A stretch of DNA of 64,000 bases from positions 36,651 through 100,650 of the IMG/VR virus record IMGVR_UViG_3300018428_005148. The stretch is one strand, 5' to 3'. The notes under the pieces were generated by a model. It did no database searches and was not told the DNA's origin. It saw nothing but the letters and a program-made list of their open reading frames with translations. A program made the position numbers and the translations under genes. This document shows positions 48,369 through 56,206 of this stretch, one piece after another; positions within the stretch are counted from its first letter, which is position 1, and each line of letters begins with the position of its first letter. Source of the stretch: a virus.

Positions 48369-50130
48369 AGAAATCACAGTTAAGAACTTCATGAGCGTGG
48401 GCAACCAGGCACAGGCCATCGACTTCTCCAACAAGAATCTAGTCTTGGTGATAGGAGAGAACATGGACCTGGGAGGCGATGACGCCGGTGCCAGGAACGG
48501 TACAGGGAAAACAACAATAATAAATGCATTGAGCTATGTGTTTTATGGCGAGGCACTGACCAACATACGAAGAGACAATCTCGTTAATAAGACCAACGAG
48601 AAAGGCATGATGGTAAGTGTCAAGTTTGTGAAGAACAATGTCACATACACAATCGAACGTGGACGTAAGCCACAGATATTCAGATTCTATGCCAACGACA
48701 TAGAACAGAAAACTGATGCCAACGAAGCACAGGGCGAGAACAGAGAAACACAGGTCGAAATCAACAAACTTTTGGGCATGACCCATGCAATGTTCAAAAA
48801 CATAGTCGCGCTGAACACATACACACAACCGTTCCTTTCAACGAAACAGGCAGAACAACGTGAAATAATCGAACAACTTTTAGGTATCACACTGCTATCA
48901 CAGAAAGCAGATTTGCTGAAAGAAAAGCAGAAGGCCACAAAGCAAATGCTGACAGAAGAAAAACTCAGACTTGAGGCAATAAATGCATCAAACGAAAAAA
49001 TACAGGAATCAATAGAAAGTTTAAAAATCAGATCAACAGCATGGATAAAACAGAAAAAAGAGGACATAGCGAACTTCCAAGACGCGATAGCGGAACTAGA
49101 GAAAGTGGACATCAAGGCAGAACTGGATGCACACAAAAAGTTGCAGACACACAACGAGATGCAGACAACACTACGTGGACTGGAGAAAGAGAAAGCGTAT
49201 CATGAGAACAGCCTGACAAAGGCAGAAGGCAACGTGGAAAAGACAAAAACAGACTTGAAGTTTGCAGAACAACAAAAGTGTCCCACTTGCGAACAGGCAC
49301 TGCATGACGACAAACACACGCATCTCCAGGAAAAACTGAAACAACAACTCAACGAATCCACGGATTATGCCAACCAACTGAAAGATGATCTTGCAAAGAT
49401 ACAACAGGGCATAGACGAGATCGGCGACCTGGGCCAGGTACCGGACACATACTATGACACACTAGACGAGGCCTATAACCACAAGGGCTCGCTACAAGAT
49501 CTCAAAAGGCAACTTGACAGGACTGAAAAACAAGAGAACGCATACGCCGAGCAGATAGAAGAACTAGAGAGCAAGGCTATACAGAAAGTGGATTATGAGA
49601 AAGCAAACGAACTGGAAGACCTGCACAGGCACCAAGACTTCCTATACAAATTACTGACTGCCAAAGATTCATTCATAAGAACTAGGATCATAGAACAGAA
49701 CTTGACATATCTAAACCAGAGATTGGCTTTCTTCCTGGGCAAAGTCAAATTGCCACACACAGTCACATTCCAATCTGATCTCAGTGTGCGTATCGAGGAA
49801 CTAGGCAGAGAATTAGATTTTGACAATCTGAGCAGAGGAGAAAGAAACAGACTGATACTCAGTATGAGTTGGGCGTTCAGAGATGTTTGGGAGAACCTAT
49901 ATCAACAGATCAACTTGCTCTTCATAGATGAGCTCGTAGACGCTGGAATGGACATCTCGGGGGTTGAAAGTTCCATGGCAGTGTTGAAGGACATGAGTAG
50001 AACACAGAAAAAAAACATATTCCTGATTTCGCACAAAGACGAACTGGTAAGCAGGGTCAACTCTGTACTGAAAGTTGTCAAAGAGAACGGATTCACGAAC
50101 TACGCCAACGACGTTGACATTATCGTCTAG
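48355..50130 (+). CDS. gp46: Recombination ATPase subunit (Rad50/SbcC-like)
   Basis: KNFMSVGN, Walker A NGTGKTT, zinc hook CPTC, LSRGE, Walker B LFIDE, ISH. Confidence 0.93.
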   Translation: MLTIKEITVKNFMSVGNQAQAIDFSNKNLVLVIGENMDLGGDDAGARNGTGKTTIINALSYVFYGEALTNIRRDNLVNKTNEKGMMVSVKFVKNNVTYTIERGRKPQIFRFYANDIEQKTDANEAQGENRETQVEINKLLGMTHAMFKNIVALNTYTQPFLSTKQAEQREIIEQLLGITLLSQKADLLKEKQKATKQMLTEEKLRLEAINASNEKIQESIESLKIRSTAWIKQKKEDIANFQDAIAELEKVDIKAELDAHKKLQTHNEMQTTLRGLEKEKAYHENSLTKAEGNVEKTKTDLKFAEQQKCPTCEQALHDDKHTHLQEKLKQQLNESTDYANQLKDDLAKIQQGIDEIGDLGQVPDTYYDTLDEAYNHKGSLQDLKRQLDRTEKQENAYAEQIEELESKAIQKVDYEKANELEDLHRHQDFLYKLLTAKDSFIRTRIIEQNLTYLNQRLAFFLGKVKLPHTVTFQSDLSVRIEELGRELDFDNLSRGERNRLILSMSWAFRDVWENLYQQINLLFIDELVDAGMDISGVESSMAVLKDMSRTQKKNIFLISHKDELVSRVNSVLKVVKENGFTNYANDVDIIV

Positions 50131-50936
50131 CACTGATTCAAGATACCTGCAACACCAACCGATTTTCCATTTTTCTTCGCCACGTGTATGAAATTGGTTT
50201 TTTCTAGGGCAAGTTTATCACAGATCACGTTGTAGTTTTGTTCGTGTCTGTCCCATGCATGGTCCACTGAGATGTTGTCCAGGATAAAGTTCGCACAATT
50301 CGTTGTGTTCTTGTTTATCCACCCGTTGGCGTTTCTCACAGTGATACTGTCAATTGTCTTTTGTTTAGAAAATCTAATGCCAAACTTGTTCCATTGAAAT
50401 CCTGTTTTGGTGATACTGAACGCAACTGTTTTGATGTTTGGATGGCCGACGTCCAAAGACATGTCTTTGGTTGCTGTGAACCATGCGGCATCTAGATGAA
50501 TGCTTATGTTCTTGCTTTCACATTCGTCCAGAAACTCTTTCCAGTCCGGTCTTGAGTTGCCAAAATGCCAATTGGGCAGTGAAACAATGATTGGCACATT
50601 GGACTGTAAATCCCCTACCTTGCTTTCCTGTTGTCCAAAAAGCCTGTAATATGAATAGTCTTTTTCTAATATTTGATAAGTTTTTTCCTTCATCAAGAAA
50701 CTGTTGATGTAGTCTGTGCAACCGTAGATTATATCTAATTTTTTAAAGTGGTCAATGCCATCCACTTTATTTCGTCTGCTAGACAAAAACCATTCACCTG
50801 CCTTCTGTGTCAGAGTGTTGATGTCTGTGTCATCTTTAGGTTGTGTGTGCAACCAGTCATATCTCACTTGCTGTACCTTGCTGTCAGCGATGTGATGGAG
50901 TTTTTGCGTCAACAGGTCTTCACGAATATCTAACAT
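50127..50936 (-). CDS. PLP-dependent fold-type I-like protein
   Basis: IHLDAAW and AFSITK resemble the Asp and Schiff-base Lys motifs; GIRF follows. Confidence 0.5.
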   Translation of the reverse strand: MLDIREDLLTQKLHHIADSKVQQVRYDWLHTQPKDDTDINTLTQKAGEWFLSSRRNKVDGIDHFKKLDIIYGCTDYINSFLMKEKTYQILEKDYSYYRLFGQQESKVGDLQSNVPIIVSLPNWHFGNSRPDWKEFLDECESKNISIHLDAAWFTATKDMSLDVGHPNIKTVAFSITKTGFQWNKFGIRFSKQKTIDSITVRNANGWINKNTTNCANFILDNISVDHAWDRHEQNYNVICDKLALEKTNFIHVAKKNGKSVGVAGILNQC

Positions 50937-51465
50937 ACAAACTCTTTCTGCCATCATGTTGCAGTTCGGGTACACCGTGCCAACTGTTTTCATTGTTCAA
51001 AAGGGCATAGCCAAAATTCCTCCTGAAAGGAAATGTGTGGACCTCCTTCTTGTCTTTGCTGTAGAGACAAGTACCTTGGTTGTCGTCACTCAAGTACACT
51101 TGTAGGTGTAACCTAATTGATGCATCATCTCTGTGTGGGTAATTGTAGTATCCTTTGCCATCTATCCAATAGTCAACAGAATTGAATGTCAATGGCACGC
51201 CGAACTTGCCTGCCAAGGACTCTGTGATTTTTTGATTCATGAAGAACACTTTTATCTTTCTCATTTCTGTGCTTTGCTGTCCCAACACAACACGGTTAAG
51301 GTGTTCCTGCATTGGCAGTTTCTGATAATCCTGTTGTTTACCAACTTGCAAATCATATTCTGATCCGAAGAAATTTTGGTATTCTTGGAAAAAAGCGCCA
51401 TTTAAATTTACCAAAGGTGAATTTTCTATTGACGAAACCACTTCTTGTGTGCTTAAATTAAACAT
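50920..51465 (-). CDS. 2OG-Fe(II) oxygenase
   Basis: PHRD (HxD), LQVYL, GT, SWHGV, RKS. Confidence 0.78.
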   Translation of the reverse strand: MFNLSTQEVVSSIENSPLVNLNGAFFQEYQNFFGSEYDLQVGKQQDYQKLPMQEHLNRVVLGQQSTEMRKIKVFFMNQKITESLAGKFGVPLTFNSVDYWIDGKGYYNYPHRDDASIRLHLQVYLSDDNQGTCLYSKDKKEVHTFPFRRNFGYALLNNENSWHGVPELQHDGRKSLYVRYS

Positions 51466-51511
51466 ATGTTAATTAATTATATCGTACGATTATAAAGGAA
51501 GGAAAAAACAT

Positions 51512-51700
51512 ATGTCACAGACACATGAACAGATCATGACAGAGATACAAACTTACTCAGAGGAGAATGGTAAATTTGTAGACAAGGGCGTGAAGGCTTC
51601 TGCAACAAGAGCCAGAAAAGCACTTGCTAATCTTTCGAAACTGATCAAAGCAAGAAGAAAAGAGATTCAGGAAGTCAAGAACGCGGCAAAAACTGCGTAA
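51512..51700 (+). CDS. Histone H1-like (Hc1-type) small DNA-binding protein
   Basis: KFVDKGVKASATRARKAL..L.K..KARRKEIQ matches the Hc1/bacterial H1-like pattern; strong AAGGA RBS. Confidence 0.7.
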   Translation: MSQTHEQIMTEIQTYSEENGKFVDKGVKASATRARKALANLSKLIKARRKEIQEVKNAAKTA

Positions 51701-51725
51701 CGATTTTTGGATTTGCAAAACCAAT

Positions 51726-51758
51726 AAACCCTCGGCTTGTCGCAAGTCGGGGGTTTTT
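51726..51758. terminator. Intrinsic terminator between convergent genes, possibly bidirectional
   Basis: AAACCCTCGGCTTG-TCG-CAAGTCGGGGGTTTTTT. Confidence 0.75.
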
Positions 51759-52597
51759 TACATGTAGGTTTCTAATTGCCCTTCGCGATATAGGTCCTGG
51801 GTCACACAGTGGATGCCGTTGTCCCAAAACTCTTTGTGTCGAAAATCACACACTATAGGATTGACCTTGTGCCTTTCCAGGAATCTCATTAGTCCTGTGT
51901 CCATGCTGGTAGAGATACAGTTCGAATCATTGACCGACAGTATGTTCACATCATAGTTGCTCTCCTCGTGGTCGCCTCCCCATTCGTGCTTTAACGGCGT
52001 CACCTTGTTCTGTTGGCGAGCGTAATACACTTCCCAGCCTTTGTAAATTTCCTCCATGCTCCTAAAGTCCTCTGACGCCACTATGACACCTGGTTTGATT
52101 ATGCTGTACACGCCGTCCATGTGCCAGCCTTTCCTCGTGATGCTGACCCTTATTCCCTGGTCTGACAACCATTGGATTATTTCCTTCTCGACATCCTGTT
52201 TCACAAACCTACTCACGTCCCAATGCACGTGGTCCCCACAACGCACCATGTTTCCGGTAGATACATCATTGTCCAAATACCATTTGATGTTTTTCCTGTC
52301 TATTGAGGACAGTATGTCCTTGTATCCCGGAATGACCTTTCCAACCAGTATCTTGTCACCAATCACAGCAAAGTAGTCTCTCGGAGATATCGGTGGTCTA
52401 TCACTGCCCTCCACCACTAGTGGCCTGTGGCACACCACTCCAAAACCTTCCAGCAGTTTTATAAGACCCTGTAGGTCCTCCTCGGTTTCGTGCATGATGT
52501 CCTCTAGCCTGGGGTCATGGACGCCTGCCACATGTGGTCTACCCACGATGCAGTGCTTCAATTCATGGAATGTGGCGTGTCCCTTTATCGGTATCAT
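51758..52597 (-). CDS. Amidinotransferase (glycine/scyllo-inosamine amidinotransferase, pentein fold)
   Basis: LKHCIVG, PRD, HMDG, DVNILS, catalytic GIHCVT. Confidence 0.85.
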   Translation of the reverse strand: MIPIKGHATFHELKHCIVGRPHVAGVHDPRLEDIMHETEEDLQGLIKLLEGFGVVCHRPLVVEGSDRPPISPRDYFAVIGDKILVGKVIPGYKDILSSIDRKNIKWYLDNDVSTGNMVRCGDHVHWDVSRFVKQDVEKEIIQWLSDQGIRVSITRKGWHMDGVYSIIKPGVIVASEDFRSMEEIYKGWEVYYARQQNKVTPLKHEWGGDHEESNYDVNILSVNDSNCISTSMDTGLMRFLERHKVNPIVCDFRHKEFWDNGIHCVTQDLYREGQLETYM

Positions 52598-52998
52598 TTC
52601 TTGATGATGCCCTTACCGTGTACCCTCACACGTATGTGACCGTTGTAGTATTTGTCACTCTCCAGCACTTTCCTGGCGAACTGCTCCCTGGCCTCCACGT
52701 AACTTAATTCTGCTTTGGACTTGCAGTAAAACAGTATCTCCCTGTCAAACTTGTCTTTTCCAATTTTCTGTATGTCTGCTGTGAGTTCGTCACTGCTTCC
52801 GTAGTAATCCCGCCAGTCCGAATCCACCTTGTACCTGCGCTTGTTCTTCCTGCCCTTCAGTGGTGGCCTGGATCTTTTGAACCTGGCCAACTTCTTGCCT
52901 ATGTACATCCTGCCGTTGGTTGTGTTGGTAATTTGGTAAACGAAACCCACCACGTCTTCTGGTAAGTCATCCACTGTTTTTTGCTCGTAAATCCACAT
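52594..52998 (-). CDS. Stand-alone GIY-YIG nuclease
   Basis: GFVYQITN..NGRMYIGKK, YYGSS, conserved Glu and YYN. No C-terminal DNA-binding domain. Confidence 0.85.
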   Translation of the reverse strand: MWIYEQKTVDDLPEDVVGFVYQITNTTNGRMYIGKKLARFKRSRPPLKGRKNKRRYKVDSDWRDYYGSSDELTADIQKIGKDKFDREILFYCKSKAELSYVEAREQFARKVLESDKYYNGHIRVRVHGKGIIKK

Positions 52999-53022
52999 TG
53001 CCAATATTTAAAGTCAAAAAGA

Positions 53023-53051
53023 TTGACCTTACAATTTAAAGAGTATAAACA
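53023..53051 (+). promoter_or_regulatory. Putative sigma70-type promoter
   Basis: TTGACC followed by TATAAA (15 nt spacer) or TAAACA (17 nt spacer). Confidence 0.5.
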
Positions 53052-53052
53052 A

Positions 53053-53482
53053 GTGCGATAGGCACACAAACACAATTCTTACAAATTCACACAGGCAAAC
53101 ATAGCATCCATGAAGTGAGCACGGAAATGCGGCAGTAATGCGACAGGTGAATCCGTTGATGCAAAAGGCAAAAATGATGGGGCTCTGAGAAACAGCAACC
53201 CCAGGTCTGCTATGGATTATCTTACAAAGACATGGCGGGCTCGCGTTGGATGAATAAGCGAATGGGTACAGCACAACCGCCCAGTTACGACAGCATTGTA
53301 TGATGACTGCGAACTCACCACAGGGTTCAAGTCAGTTCGGCTAGAAATAGCCGAATTGTGACTGCTCATCTACCACAGGCGACGCATAAATGCGTCATTA
53401 AGTTTTACAACTGCGTAAGTTAAAAAAACAAACGAGCGTAAGCGAAGTTTCAGATGGCGCAAGCCGGCTGTTGAATCGCCAT
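53053..53482 (+). ncRNA. Putative large structured non-coding RNA (family not recognised)
   Basis: The only long ORF-poor gap in the window. About 10 consecutive helices, GNRA loops, and G-U pairs that form only on the + strand. Confidence 0.55.
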
Positions 53483-53496
53483 TAAGTATTGCAACA

Positions 53497-54264
53497 ATGC
53501 AGATGATGTTCGACCACACCTTCGGAAAACAGGAACAGCAGGACCTAGTCGTGGCCAAACCCATGTGCATATTCGAGCGTGAGGAGGAGCAGGGCGCGAT
53601 AGAGCACGGGTGGCTGGCCCTGGACGAGCCCATACACGGAAAAGAAGTTTTCTACCAGTCACGCAGTACACGTGTGAACATGAGGAAGTGGCGCCCACGT
53701 TTCCGGGAACACAAACTGAACGGTAAACAGATAGAGTACAAGATCATAGAGGCCTCCGACATGGTGAGGCTGTTGGGACTGCCCCAAATATACGAGCGAT
53801 ACATGAAGCGGAAAAAATTTGGCGCGGACTACACGCCGTTCCGGCACCACCACAAGCGGGACCGTTTCATGGTGTTCTACACAGGAACCGCTGACAACAT
53901 AGTGGCGTTCACCAAGCAGAAGTTGTACATCGCGGAGGACCCACACTACTCGCAGATCGGCGACCCCTACGTGGAGTACGCGGGCGTGGAGAGTTGCATA
54001 CACGCCAACACCGCACCCATAGGTGCGCTCACATTGGACCTCGAACTGAAGTGGGCCTCAGAGCACCAGGTGCCCTTCTACTACACGGGATCAGGATACG
54101 AACGGAGCTCGGAGTACAAGAGCAGTTGGAGGGGATTCGAGTGGTGGACGGGTGTGGAGTGGACCAACAACAGGCGTCTGTACAAGAGGCTGTGCGGGCG
54201 TGATTCTAAGTTGACTAGGTTTTCCGAGCTCGGAAACCTTTCACTGATTCCAGATAAGCGTTAG
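53497..54264 (+). CDS. Aminoacyl-tRNA-protein transferase-like protein (ATE1/Bpt family)
   Basis: GW, IYERY, IGALTLDLELKWA...FYYTGSGY...YK..W.GFE parallel the ATE C-terminal LG....L.EI..A....YYLGY...YK motif. Confidence 0.62.
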   Translation: MQMMFDHTFGKQEQQDLVVAKPMCIFEREEEQGAIEHGWLALDEPIHGKEVFYQSRSTRVNMRKWRPRFREHKLNGKQIEYKIIEASDMVRLLGLPQIYERYMKRKKFGADYTPFRHHHKRDRFMVFYTGTADNIVAFTKQKLYIAEDPHYSQIGDPYVEYAGVESCIHANTAPIGALTLDLELKWASEHQVPFYYTGSGYERSSEYKSSWRGFEWWTGVEWTNNRRLYKRLCGRDSKLTRFSELGNLSLIPDKR

Positions 54265-54730
54265 ACCAATTACGGTAGTAGGGACCTTTCTCCAGCATTT
54301 TTGAAAACTTGTTCAACTTGCTCAGACTCTGCACGAGCAGAAGTGTGTAGTGCCCGTTGTTGAGTTTGACTTTGCCGACGTGTTCCTCTATGTCGGGGTG
54401 ATCCTCCAGTATCACCACGTCGCGTGGCATGAACCTCTCGTTCAGCCATTCCGCCATGCTGGTGGTCTGCTGGGCGGTGAACTGTTGCGGGTGGGCGATG
54501 ATGCAGAGCACGTCCTTCTTGCCAAAATCGAAGTTCCATATGTGTGAGTATACGGTGCGCCAGTCCGCGGCGCCGTCCAGCTCGACGAAACTGACCTTGT
54601 CATCCACGATCGCCTTCTGTGCGAACGGGCATGGTGGCAGGTCACCGAACACGGGGTTTGGCTTCGTGACGAAGTCCCTAATCCACTTCTTTATCGTCTG
54701 TGTGGGATTCTGTTTCTTGCGTTGAGTCAT
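54215..54730 (-). CDS. DUF1415-like protein
   Basis: WI..FV...PPCPFA, LEDHP. Confidence 0.6.
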   Translation of the reverse strand: MTQRKKQNPTQTIKKWIRDFVTKPNPVFGDLPPCPFAQKAIVDDKVSFVELDGAADWRTVYSHIWNFDFGKKDVLCIIAHPQQFTAQQTTSMAEWLNERFMPRDVVILEDHPDIEEHVGKVKLNNGHYTLLLVQSLSKLNKFSKMLEKGPYYRNWSNAYLESVKGFRARKT

Positions 54731-54995
54731 CCGTCAGTGATTTGATCCTTTCCAGTGCTTCCTCCAGCAGTCGTTCCTTGGTCTCGAGCTTGGCCTCCAG
54801 GTCCGCCATCTTCTTGTTCTGCTCGCCTATCTTGTGTCCCATGCTCTGCACGTCGTCCGTTGCGTGTTCAAGTTTGATCATGACCTGCCTCATCCTGGAT
54901 TCCTTGGTCTTGACCTTGTCCAAGGCATCATCGCGGTCCTTTGTGAGTTCCTTGATGTTTTCCTTGAGTTCTCGAACTAGATCTCGTTCTGACAT
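54678..54995 (-). CDS. Coiled-coil hypothetical protein
   Basis: Heptad-patterned E/K/L-rich sequence with an AGGA RBS. Confidence 0.65.
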   Translation of the reverse strand: MSERDLVRELKENIKELTKDRDDALDKVKTKESRMRQVMIKLEHATDDVQSMGHKIGEQNKKMADLEAKLETKERLLEEALERIKSLTDDSTQETESHTDDKEVD

Positions 54996-55046
54996 AATGT
55001 CCTGTAATTATCTGCTGTTTCAAATACCATTATAGTATACTATATC

Positions 55047-55268
55047 TTAGAAGAAAGGTTGACCGGTCTTTTTGGTTGTTTCCATGTTGTCTTTTACCAA
55101 CTGTGCTATTATCTCCCGCTCCTGTGGACTCATTGTGTTGGCCTCGTCGTAGGTAACACCGCCACGCATGAACCAACATATCTTGAATAATTCGTGTTTC
55201 AGTTCTTTCTGGGAGCTCTCCATGTCCTTGAGGGTCTTTATTATGTCAGATTCCGTTTGTGACAGCAA
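55047..55268 (-). CDS. gp51-like baseplate hub assembly protein; probably the -1 frameshift extension of the upstream gene
   Basis: WFMRGGVTYDEANTMSPQER. TTG start with no RBS; lies in the -1 frame after T TTT TTC. Confidence 0.6.
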   Translation of the reverse strand: MLSQTESDIIKTLKDMESSQKELKHELFKICWFMRGGVTYDEANTMSPQEREIIAQLVKDNMETTKKTGQPFF

Positions 55269-55270
55269 GG

Positions 55271-56125
55271 TTATACGAAAAAATTTGACGAATCGAAAGT
55301 GATAGGAACATTATAGGTAACTGGTGCCCCTAGTTTAGTCTGTTCTTCGGTGGCCTTCATTCGGAGAGGCTTGACCGCACCTTGTGTCCTCAGATCAGTG
55401 AGGTTGTTCTCTATCTCCTTGATCATTGTGGTGTTGGCGTTGTCCGCGAACTCCTTGATATGCACAGGGTCATTAATGACCGTGCCATCGGCCATTGTAA
55501 TCGACTCGATGTTCTTGAGCAGTATATTGGTGTTGAGATCTGTGAGTGTCTTGAAAGCGTCATTGAATCGCTTGGCCTTCTCCTCGTCTGACAGTTGTGA
55601 GTCCTGTATGGCCGAGTACATCTTCTGTTGCTGGAACGTCTGCAGGCTGGTTGTTGTCATGTCCTTGTATGTGAGTGGTCTGACCGTGATTTTCAATCCG
55701 TCCTTCAGGGAAAAATCATTCGTGATCGTCTTATTGCTGATCTCGTCAAGCAACGACGGTAGGTTGATGGTGTGCGCCACTGACTGGTTTGCCCCCGGCA
55801 CTGTGAAATTGATCTCCATGGTCTCACCGTATGTGGCTATCCTGATGGCTATCAGTATGGTGTCGAGGTCGTAGCTCTTGATCTGCCATGCGTCCTTGAT
55901 GTCTGGCACACAGCTCTGTATAACATCCACGACTCCCTGTCCGTTCATGAGAGCGTCTGGTGTTTTGAACCTTATCTCGTCTTTGGCAGTCATGGGCATG
56001 ACCCCCAGTTCTCCCGACTGCGTGGGTGCGACCACGTGCGGTGGGTAGGCCGTTTTGGAGGGCAGTTTGACGTAAAGAGACGGTTGCCGAAAATACTTGT
56101 TTAATGGGTTTGTGTTTTCTGTCAT
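55271..56125 (-). CDS. Baseplate hub assembly chaperone, gp26-like
   Basis: NPLNKYFRQP, LPS, MTAKDE, DLDTILIAIRIATYG, C-terminal NFF. Confidence 0.78.
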   Translation of the reverse strand: MTENTNPLNKYFRQPSLYVKLPSKTAYPPHVVAPTQSGELGVMPMTAKDEIRFKTPDALMNGQGVVDVIQSCVPDIKDAWQIKSYDLDTILIAIRIATYGETMEINFTVPGANQSVAHTINLPSLLDEISNKTITNDFSLKDGLKITVRPLTYKDMTTTSLQTFQQQKMYSAIQDSQLSDEEKAKRFNDAFKTLTDLNTNILLKNIESITMADGTVINDPVHIKEFADNANTTMIKEIENNLTDLRTQGAVKPLRMKATEEQTKLGAPVTYNVPITFDSSNFFV

Positions 56126-56135
56126 TTTTTAATTC

Positions 56136-56143
56136 TATAAATA
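56136..56143 (+). promoter_or_regulatory. Late promoter TATAAATA for the tape measure gene
   Basis: Exact match. Confidence 0.78.
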
Positions 56144-56168
56144 TACACTAACTGCGCATAGATGTCTA

Positions 56169-56176
56169 TATTTATA
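56169..56176 (-). promoter_or_regulatory. Late promoter TATAAATA for the gp26-like gene
   Basis: Exact match. Confidence 0.78.
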
Positions 56177-56206
56177 TGCGTATAAAAAGGTGCGAAATAA
56201 AGTCAT

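Noticed and set aside
2631-52597. Saxitoxin-like pathway (SxtI carbamoyltransferase plus SxtG amidinotransferase)
   Set aside because: No SxtA PKS-like enzyme or other core sxt genes, and both families are widespread.
52594-52998. GIY-YIG as a mobile homing endonuclease or intron ORF
   Set aside because: Catalytic domain only, flanking genes are uninterrupted, and no group I core elements were recognised.
53179-53203. GGGGCT start resembling tmRNA or tRNA-Ala
   Set aside because: No T-arm (TTCRA) or matching acceptor stem ending in CCA, and no tag ORF.
53340-53351. GCTAGAAATAGC is identical to the Cas9 sgRNA tetraloop stem
   Set aside because: Only 12 nt and self-complementary. Flanks do not match the repeat or tracrRNA, and there is no cas gene or array. 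Most likely a coincidental GAAA hairpin.
53029-53698. Short minus-strand ORFs (53029-53274, 53370-53633, 53450-53698)
   Set aside because: No RBS, atypical composition, and they overlap the structured region or the real + strand gene.
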